DNA of 32,000 nucleotides, taken from the NCBI RefSeq assembly GCF_000019345.1, contig NC_010503.1, positions 540,001 to 572,000 of the forward strand, given 5' to 3'. This document shows, piece after piece, positions 21,601 through 32,000 of this stretch. Position 1 is the stretch's first letter; every line of letters begins with the position of its first letter. The notes beneath the pieces were generated by a model, which saw only the letters and a program-made list of their open reading frames with translations, was not told the origin of the DNA and made no database searches. The translations under genes were made by a program, and so were the position numbers. The stretch comes from Ureaplasma parvum serovar 3 str. ATCC 27815. Lineage in GTDB: Bacteria > Bacillota_I > Bacilli_A > Mycoplasmatales > Mycoplasmoidaceae.

Positions 21601-24600
21601 AAATTAGCTGTTGTATCTGTAGGTGATTTTCAATTTCCATGTTTACTAATCATTGTAACACCTGGATTAATTTCAATTTCCTTAGATACATTATGGTCTT
21701 TAAATATTTTTCTTGTTTCATCAATATTTTGATGAATATTATCTAAATAATAAACATCAACTAATTTATATAATTGATTTGATTTTAACCCCTTAACACT
21801 AAAAAGAACTTCTTGTTTGCCTGTTTTATTAATATTATTACCATCAATTAATTCGCTATATACTTCATGACCAAATTCATTTCTAAATTTAAGCTTAAAT
21901 TTAAGATTTTTAGCTATATGTTTGTTTATTGTAAATTCAATTGATGAATTAATGCTTTCTTTATCATTATAATTTTTAATTTCAAGATGTAAATTATTAG
22001 ATGATAATGGACCACTTATTCTAAAATCATTGTTAATTTTTAATTTTCTAGTTTCTTCTATTAAATTTGTTAATTCATAAATTTTATTCGAATTATTAAT
22101 GCCAACACTATCAACTGCCTTATTAGGACGAGTTATAAATTCAATTTTATTGATAATTGTATCATGATTAAATTCAAGATTAGATAAACTAACTTCTAGG
22201 TATTTCTCATTATTTACTGTAATAACTTTTGCATTTGTTTTTTTATTTGTATCATATGTTATTTCAGCAATTTCGTTGTTACTTAATACATCCTCAGGAT
22301 CATTTAATGAAAATTGAATTTTTGCTACATTTAAATTATTTATTACTCGATCACTAATCTCATTTAGCTTATTGACACTAATTGGTGTTTTTCCTTTAAT
22401 AATAAATGAATTTTGAAGATTTTGCTTATTTGGAAAATCAATTCAATTTTGACCATCAAATCATTTTATGGATTTCAAAGTATATTTGCGATTGTATTTT
22501 AAATTATTAAAATTAAAAACATAATTTAATTTATTTTCCTCTAAATTAACTTTCGCCTCTACTTCATCATTTGTATTAGATATATATACTAATTTAGCTT
22601 CTTTGTTAAATCATTCACTACGAATTCCATCAATTGTAACATTTACATTTTGCGAATTTGTTAGTGTTTGATTTGATTCAATATTTATAATTCCATAATT
22701 ACCAGGTTTTGTTTTAAATGAAATATTAGTTGGATTAATAGTTTTAAGATTAGAGTTAGCATTTAGTGGCTTAGTTAATACAATAGACTTTAACTCATAC
22801 TCTGTTTCTGGTTTTAAATTATTTACTATACCTTCAATAAACCAAATGTTTCCTTCTTTTTTTAATTTTACATTGTTAACAAATTTTGTATCATTTTGAT
22901 TTGATTTTGATGAAAAGATAACATCAGCCATAACATTATTATCTAATATGTCTTCATCATCAGATTCAACTTGTAATTTAAAATTTACACTGTTTGAATT
23001 GATCTGCCATTCAACATTATTTTTTTTAAAAGTTGTATTACCGGGTTTAACTTCAATTTCATTAACAACATTATTAGATCTTATTAATTTATTATTATCT
23101 ATAAGATCTTTATCGTCTTGATTTAATAAATAATATAAATTATCAAAGTGATATAAACGATTTGATTTTAGATTTGGAATTCTAAGTTCAATAATTTGTT
23201 TTTTACCTTCTTTTTTGATTGAACTATAAGAAACAATACTTGATTTTACGGTTTCATTATTTTGATCTTTAAATGTTGCTATAAAGTATAAATTTTGCAA
23301 AATATTATCATTAGCTTTTAATTCTAAATTAACTTTTACATTAGTTTTATTATTATATTCCAAAGTAATACGTTTATTAGTATCACTTTGAACAGGACCA
23401 ATGACACTAAAATTATTATCAATTTTTAATGGATTTATATTGTTTGTATTGTTATATATTTTATTGCTATTATCTATTCCAATATTCGTAGCAGCTTTTA
23501 TTGGTTTATTAATAAAAGTAATACTGTTAATAATAGTATCTTGGTTTAATGCTAGATTATTGAATGTTGTTTCTAAATATTTTTGACTCCCTACAATTTT
23601 AACTTTTGCTTTTACAGATAAATTCTCACCATAATTAATGATTGCTTCTTCTTCATTACTTAAAACATTATCAGGATCATTTAATATAAATCTAATTTGT
23701 GTTGATTGTAAATTATTTTTCGCTCTTGCAATTGGCTCAATTATTGAACTTATACTAATCGATTGTGTTTTATTAACAATAAATCAATCAGCTATTCCAT
23801 TTTTTAAATGGAAAATTATTGATGTTTTATTATCATCATTAATAATTCTTACTTCTTTTAGTGTATATTTACGATTATGTTTTAAATTAGACAATTCGAA
23901 ACTATAGTGGTTATTAGCCCAAAGCAATGTTTTTTGATCACTTAAAATTTCTTCACCGTCATTTGAAGTATATACCAATTGAATTTTTTTATTAATTCAA
24001 GTTCGTTGAATTCCATCAATATCAATATTAACTGTTTGTGTTGTAGTATTTATAGAATCATTAGAACTAACATTTGTTACTTTATGATCAACAATTAAGG
24101 TTTTAAAATTATAATTCGAATTATTGTCTTCAAAAATGACATTATTAGCATCATTATTAATATTAGTGTAAGCTAATGTTGGTTTTCTAACAAAGCCAAC
24201 TTTTATTAGTTTATAATTTGCTTCTTCTTTTAGTGTTTGATCAGTATTAAAACTAACTGTTGCCTCACTTCCATCACTACTTATACTTGTGATAGTTTTT
24301 GTATATGATATTTCTTGACGTTCATCATCATTAGATTTCAAATAAGTAATAATGCTATCACCTACTTGAAATACGTGATCTTTAGATTTTAATTTATATG
24401 TAATTGTTGCACTTGTGCTTGTTATATTTGTTGCTAAATTAGTATTATCAATGACTATTTGTGTCTTTGATGCATTTACATTAAAACTATTCGTAACATT
24501 TGTTGAATTATTAAGTGTTTCAAAATTATTATTAGAAGTCTTTATTTTTATTTCTTTAAAAGAATATTGACGATTAGCAACACTAATTGGCAGTGTAAAA

Positions 24601-27600
24601 ATATATTGTGTTTGATCTTTTTGAAGAGTTAGTTCATTTGATTCAACTAAACTTTTTTGATTATTACTTCTATATTCATAGACTAACTTAATCTTACGAT
24701 TATTATATAAATCATTAACCCCTGATACTTTAGCGGTAATTGTTTGTTGATTTGATGCATTAGGTTGATCATTTCACATTAAATCATGAGATGTAATGCT
24801 AACTAATTGTGTTGGTCCACTTTGAGTTGTAAAACTAATTTGTTCTTTATTTTCAATTTGGATTTTTAAATTAGCAAAAGCATTCATTGGTTTAGTAATT
24901 GAGATGTCATCTAATTTGTATGTATCATTATAAGCCAAATCACTAATAGTATCTTCAATATACCATTGATTATCTTTTTGTTTTAGTTTTGTTGTAATTG
25001 TTTTTTTAGTATCATGTTGGTCACTAAAAGTGATAGTTGCATCTAGATCAGTACTAAAATCAACATTTTCATCTGAATTAATATTAAACTTAAATTTTTG
25101 AGCATTTGGTTGTGGGAATGTTCAATTACCATTTTTTTGAATCGTAGTAATCGTTGGTTTAACAGTTATTTTATAATCAACGTTTGAATTCTTTTCAAAT
25201 TTATTATTTTCATCAATATTAGTTTGATTTGATGAATTTACATAATATAGTCCTTTGAAAATATATTGACGATTTGATGTTAAATTAGTTAAATTAAATG
25301 TTAATTCTTTTTTATTATTGTTATTATTTGTAACAATTTTATCTGCAGCAATTGGGTTTGTTAAAACACTCTGACCATCGTTACTGTCAAATTTTGCAAT
25401 AAAATATAAGTTTTTACTAATATGATTATTTGTATCTAATTCTAATGAAACTGAAATATTTGTTTTATTATTAGCTTCAAACTCTTTTAGTGTATGAAGT
25501 GGGCCAGTGATTTTTAAATCATTATTAATTATTAAATTAGTAGCATCATAAATAACATTAGTATCATTAATACCAATATTCTTACTTGCATTTTTAGGTT
25601 TTGTATTAAATTCAATTTTATTAATGATAGTATCTTTGTTTAAGACTAAATTACTAAAAGTTGCTTCTAAATATTTTTGATTTTGATCAGTAATTACTTT
25701 TGCACTAGTAGTTTGATTATTATTATAAGTAATAGTTGCTTGTTCATCATTACTTAAAACATTATCTAAATCATTTAATTCAAACCGAATTTTTGCACTA
25801 TTTAAATGATTTACATCTCTATCTTGAATTTCAATAATATTACCAACTCCAACTTGGTTATTACTTAAAACAATAAATTTATCTTGAATCGAATCACTTT
25901 TATTAAATGGTGTTTTAGTGTTATTATCATTAATTAATTCAATTTTAGTAAATGTATAAGTTCGGTTTTTCTCTAAATTAGTTAATTCAAACTCATATTC
26001 TAATTTATTTTTTTCTAATTTAATTATAGCGGTTTTTGTTGAGTTATCGTTTGCACTATAAGTTATTTCTAATTGTTTTTCATTTCATGCATTTTGTATA
26101 CCATCAAGTTTTAACTTAATTCTTTGTTTTGTATCTACTGTTGATGGATTTTGTGATTTAATTTGAATAACTTTATAATTACCAGCTTGCGTTTGAAATG
26201 AAATATCGTCTTTATTTAATATTTCAACTACTAATGGCTTCTTTGTTTTATTTGGTTTAGCTAATAGAATTGATTCAAGTACATACCTGTTTTCTGGTTC
26301 TAAATTAGTAATTTGACCCTTAATTAAATATTTATTATTCTGCTTAATAATATTAACTTTAACTGGTGTTAGTAGAGTTTGACCTTTTTTAAAACTAATT
26401 GTTGCTTCTAAATTATCTAAAACTTCATTACCATCATCACTATTAATTACAAACTCAAATTGTGAACTTGTTGATGTAGTATTTCAAGTATTATTTGATT
26501 TGCTAATTGTTGTTTTACCAGGTGCAATGTCAATTATTCGAGTAACATTATTTGCTTTTGGTACTTTGTTTTTGTCATTAATAGTATCATTATTATCATC
26601 AATATAATAAACATCAACTAATCTATATAATTGATTTGATTTTAAATTATCTAAAGTAAAATTAATTACGTTTTTATTGTTATTAACTATAATTGAACTA
26701 TTAGTTAAAATTGGACTATAAACAACTTCACCATTGATATTTTGAAATTTAAGTTTAAATTTCAAATTCTTACTAATATGTGGATTAACTTTAAAATCTA
26801 GTGTTGAAGAAATTACGTGTTTATTATTAGCCACTATATTTTGTGTACTATTAACATCAGTTGATAATGGACCAATGATTTGGAAATCATTATTAATAAT
26901 TAATTTATTTAAATTACTTTCGTCATAAATTACATTTGTATTATTTTTGCCAACTTTAATAAAGGTTTGAGATAAATTTTTAAATTCAATTTTTTTAATA
27001 ATTACATTTTTATTAAATACCAAATTTGTTATTATTGCTTCTAAATATTTTTGATTTTGTGCATTAGTTTTTACAATAGCATCAACTTTTTGTTCGTTAT
27101 CATAAGTAATTGTTGCAATATCATTTGTTTTTAAAATATCATTGTCATCTTTTAAATTAATTTTAATAGTTGTTTGATTTAATTTATCAGGAGCACGATC
27201 ATTAATTTCTTCTACGCTTGATGCTGTAATTTCGCTTTGTAAATTAACATCAAATGAATTATTTACATTGATTTCTTTTACAAATTCGTGATCTTGGCCA
27301 TTGTCAACTTCTTTAATATTAATTTTCTTTAAACTATAACGTCGACCTGGTTTTAAATTATTTAATACTAAATTATATTCTTTTTTATCAAAACTTAGAT
27401 GAACACTATTGTTGTTATTATCAACTGTTGTTTTAATTTCAGGATCACCTAAAATGTTTGATTCATAAACTAATTCAAGCTTTTTATTATTTCAAGCTCG
27501 CTGAATACCATCAATTTTAACAGTAATTTCTTGTTGTGTTGTATTTGTTGATGTGCTTGACACTACATCAATAACTTTATGTTCAAATTTTTGTGTCGTG

Positions 27601-30600
27601 AATTCATATGCTTGTGAACCATTTTTATACTCAAAAATAACACCATTTTTATTTAATAACTCATATGCTTTATTTGGTTTATTTTTAAATGTTACTTTGA
27701 TTAAACGATATGTCGTTTCTTCTCTTAAACCGCTTAAATTAAATTCTAATTCACCTTCATTAAATGAATTAGTTACATTATTTAATTTTGCTTCAACTAC
27801 TTTTTGATCATTTAAATTATTAGTTGGAGCAAAAACTGCTTCGACAATTTGATCGTTTTCTAATGCTTCATCATTTGTTTTAAGCTTAAAATGTACTTGA
27901 GCATTATGTGCACTAACTGTTTTAATAGCATTATTAGTATCATAATTAATTGTTGTTAATGATGGTTCAAATTCAATTTTTGGTTTATGAATCTTTGAAT
28001 TAAAACTAATTTGATTATTTGTCATATCATTCACTGAATTTTGATCATCAAAATAATACAAACCTTCTAATTCATAAGCACGATTATGAATTAAATTAGA
28101 AAGTTTAAAACTAATTTTAGCATTATTATTGAATAAGATCGGATCAGTTCAAACAGTTTTATTATCGTTTAACTGCTTTAATTTTAAACGTAAATATTGG
28201 TTTGCTAATAATTGTTTATCAACTTGAAGATCAACATCAATATTTACTGATTTATCATTCTTGTTAATTGTTTGGGGTTTATAAGATGTTGGATTAATAT
28301 TATTTGATAAACTAATTTTATTTTGTTCATCATATGAATAAACAATGTTATTAGTTTTATTATTAGTAAAATTAAAATATGCATTAGTTGGTTTTGAATT
28401 AAAACTAATTTCTTTAATAACATAATTTTGATTAATTTTTAAACTAACTAAATCGAATTTTAAAAATTTTTTATTGTTTTCTACAACAACTTGGGCATTA
28501 GTTGCTAATTTTAAATTATTATTGGCATCATTACTATTTTCTAATTGATAAACAATATTTGGTTTATCAGCTGTATTTAAAACATTATCAATGTCATCAA
28601 CTTCAATCTTTGCTGAAATTAATGATTGGTCATTATTAACTAATATACGTTTTGTGATTTCAATATTAGTGTTATTTTTTAAAGAAACTGCATTATTACT
28701 TGGATTAATGCTAAATTGATGAGTTAACGTGTCTAACTTATGTAATGTTTGATTATTAGTTTCATAAACAATTTTAGAAAAAGTATATAAACGATTCTTA
28801 ATTAAATTTGAAAATTCGAATTGATAATTTCTTTGTCCTTTGATTAAAGTAACTGCTTTTGATTTAATCTCTTTGTTATCATTTGATACATAAATTAATT
28901 TAACTTGTTGATTATCTTGAAAATCATCACCTATATTAATTTTGGCATTTATTATAGGAGTTTGATCATTATTTCAATTATCAATTGAATTTAGACCCAC
29001 TAGTGTTGTGTTTTTATTAGATGTACTAAAATTAGTATTTGGATCTAGTAAATCAAATTCACTATTAACAATACTGCTTGCACTCTTATTTAAAGCTTCA
29101 AGTTTTTTAATAACATATGTTGTTTTTTCTTTTAAACCAACCAAATTGAATTTAATTTTATTATTTGCAACAACTTTTCCATATCCAATTTGTAGTTCGT
29201 TTTTAGTGTTATCAATATTTTGATAATAAATTTTAACATCTTCATTAATTCGTAATTTTTGATCATAATCTTTATAATCAATAAATAAATTAGCATGGTC
29301 TGCAAAAATATCTTGTTCTACAGCGCTTTTATTAAATGATAAATTGATCTTATGAGGGTTTGTAATAAAATGTTGTTCATATTTTGTAACATCATTTTTA
29401 AATAAATACACCTTTTGGTTTTGGTCATTTAAATAATATAAGTTTTTAATACTATATTTACTATTTCCTTTTAAATCAAGACCATTAATTGAAGCGATTT
29501 TATTAGTTTTACTAAAATTAACTAAAGGGTTAATAACATCTGTATCTAATAAATCATCATCCATTAAAGCTAACTGTGCATAGATTTTTTGATCATTTTT
29601 TAAAATATTATCTTTATCATCAATTTCAAAGGTGATAGTTGTATCATTATTAGTTTTAACAACCACATCAAATTTAGTTCAAATTGGTGGATTAATAGTA
29701 GTTGCTGAGCTTGTTGTGAATTCAAAATTTAAAACATCATCTTTAATTAATTTTATTGGTTTTTCTTTGTTGTTTAATTCTAGTAATTCAACATCAACAA
29801 CTTTATATTTTGTGTTTGCATCTAAGTGTGTAAAATCAAAATTTAGTTTATAGTTGTTAGTTTTTGGATCATAAGTTGCAATGTATTTTTGTGTATCATT
29901 TAAATCATTAACTTTAGCAATTGTTAGTGCAAATTGACGATTATAAGATAGTTTATTTAAATCAAATAAGTTTACTTGGAAATTAATAGCATTTACTGTT
30001 ACGTTAGAAACTGCTGGTGCTTTTAAAACAAGCTTACGAGCTTGATCGACACCATCATTAATTGCACTAACATCTTTGTTAATACTATTTCTATCTAATA
30101 TTGTTTTGTTTGGATATTCATTTAAATCTACAATCTTATCAAAATCATAGATTTTGTTAGGATCAAATAAATTATTGTTTGGATTAACAATAACTTTTCC
30201 CTTATCATCAGTTTTGATTGGAACATGAATTTCATTGTTATTTTTATCTTTATAAACAGCAGTTAAATCTTTATTTTTTTGATCTGGTATTTTAAACTCA
30301 TGCTTATTATCAGCATTAACATTACCATTTTTTTGTTTATTAACTATTCGATCTAATGGTGAAATTTCATCAATATTAGCAACTTTTTTATTATCAGCTT
30401 CAATTTTTGTTAGTGTATATTTATGATCTGGTGCAAAAATTGCATCATCACTTGTTTTAAAAATAGCTTTTCCATCTAAACCAATACTAGCTTCAACCGT
30501 TTTTGTATTAGTATTATTATCATCGGTTTTAAATGTTAATTTAATTTTTTTATTTGCTAAACTAGGATTTGAAAAACTAATTTCATAATCATCATTTTCT

Positions 30601-32000
30601 TTAGTTTTAGCAGTTATTGTTGGTTTTTTAAATGAAATATGATTATCACCACTTAATTGCTCTTCACTAATTAGATCAATATTTGGTTGATTATTTTGTT
30701 TTAAAACGACTTTTTTAAGTGTGTATATATTAGGTTTAGTTGGGTCATTATTTGCTAAATTTTTTGTTGGAATAATAACCTTGCCATTAGCATCAATACT
30801 TACATCTATCTCATGTTCTATACCATCTTGATCAACAACAATTCCTTTGACATTTGCATTATTTAAAGCTTTTTGTTTTAAATCATCATTTAAATCATTT
30901 GCTAATTGAGTGTGAATTTCTAAATTTCCATCATTATCGTACGTAAAATCTGGATGTGAATCTAATAAATTCAAATCTCGTTTATCAATTATTTTATCTT
31001 TTAGTTCAAAATCATTAAGATTAATGACTTTATTTAAATCGTTATTTTCAACTTTAGCTAAATGATAAATATATCCTTTTGGTAAATCATTACTATCAAA
31101 AATAATTTTATTATTTTGATCCACATTAGCAACTACTTTATATTCTTTATCATTATTATCAACAAAAGTTGCTACTAATTTCTGATTAATTAAATCATTA
31201 TTTAAATTTTCTAAAATTTGGGTTTTTTTAGTTGAATCAACACTTGCATTAGCAGCTGGCTTTTTAATTAATTGTTTTTGTTTTGAAGTTAAATCAAAAT
31301 TTGAAACCAAAACATTTTGTGGGTTTGAAACTGAAACAATTTTGTCTAGTGAATAATTACTGTTATTATTTAATGCACCTGTATCAAATGCTATGGTTCC
31401 ATCTTTTTTAACTTTTGCTAAAATTTGGTGTTCTTGATTATTTTGATCTTTAAAAATTCCATATACTTGTTGGTTAACATAATATGGCGCTACTTTAGCA
31501 ATTAAATTAATATCACCATTTTTTGTATATTGATATGGGGTATTTAATGCGTTTGAATTTAAATTATTAATTGATCGATTATGGTATGGAATCTGTTTAA
31601 GATTAACAACATCAACTTCATTAGTTTTTTTAATACCAATAACTTCATATAAATTATTATCACCTAAAGATGAAATATCAAAAACAGCTCGTCCTTTTTC
31701 ATCTGTTTTTGCATTAATTTTATATGTTTGATGATTTAGATCTTCTAAGGTAAGTTCAAGAGGAGTGTTTTTTAATTGAACACCTAAATCAACTTCATAT
31801 ACTTTTTTGTTATCAATAAAATTAACTTTAGCTTTTGTTGGTTTATTTACACTAACTTTATGTTCAAGCATTAATTCATTATTTGGCACTAAAACATCAT
31901 TTAATTCATTATTGTTAACAATTCGGTTTAATTCATATTTGTGATTTAAAGGTAGTTTTTTAGTATTAAAATACCCAACATTATTTTTTACACTCAACGC
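18651..32000 (-). CDS. Giant DUF1410-like modular surface protein, 5'-partial at the window edge (at least 4449 aa before the TAA)
   Basis: ORFs 29679..31997, 28974..29666, 27492..28061, 26484..27023, 23997..24341, 23784..23978, 22611..23363, 19527..20399 and 18651..19199 all share one frame. I read the gaps triplet by triplet and found only TGA(Trp), no TAA/TAG, until 18651. It has many alternating modules such as 'NGDINLIAKVAPYYVNQQVYGIFKDQN', 'ELSNLKHNRKYTLKEVRII', 'VNIDGIQRT' and 'IIVNGP'. The frame is still open at base 32000. Confidence 0.85.

Noticed and set aside
18651-32000. Short + strand ORFs in the track opposite the giant gene (e.g. 23401..23586, 23638..23907, 27553..27807, 29632..29853)
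   Set aside because: They are antisense shadows of a continuous - strand coding frame, with low-complexity hydrophobic translations typical of AT-rich antisense. I saw no RBS or homologous features.
15594-32000. CRISPR array or tandem DNA repeat
   Set aside because: The recurrence is at protein-module level with diverged nucleotide sequence. There are no short identical direct repeats with regular unique spacers.

Overview
This AT-rich window uses TGA as Trp (translation table 4). It most resembles Ureaplasma, because of the serial DUF1410-like surface modules; the taxon is inferred, not proven. The supplied ORF track is fragmented at TGA codons. Re-reading with TGA=Trp joins the pieces into seven loci: (1) a + strand DUF1410-like surface protein, 18..3938; (2) a - strand long helical lipoprotein, 4025..5875; (3) a - strand type III restriction endonuclease res, 6031..8508; (4) a - strand type III methyltransferase mod, 8514..10101, split by a (TC)10 / (GA)10 tract at 9755..9775 that leaves it out of frame (phase OFF); (5) a - strand DUF1410-like surface protein, 10255..13332, with a T17 homopolymer about 50 bp upstream of its start; (6) a + strand BMP-family lipoprotein, 13643..15262; (7) a giant - strand DUF1410-like array running off the right edge. 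The array has one reading frame from 32000 down to 15594 (16.4 kb), broken by a single in-frame TAA at 18651..18653. Several intergenic hairpins look like rho-independent terminators. The best leads are the phase-variable type III R-M locus, the giant modular surface gene with its lone nonsense codon, and the homopolymer upstream of a surface gene. I saw no convincing wholly new system, CRISPR array, tRNA, rRNA or transposase.
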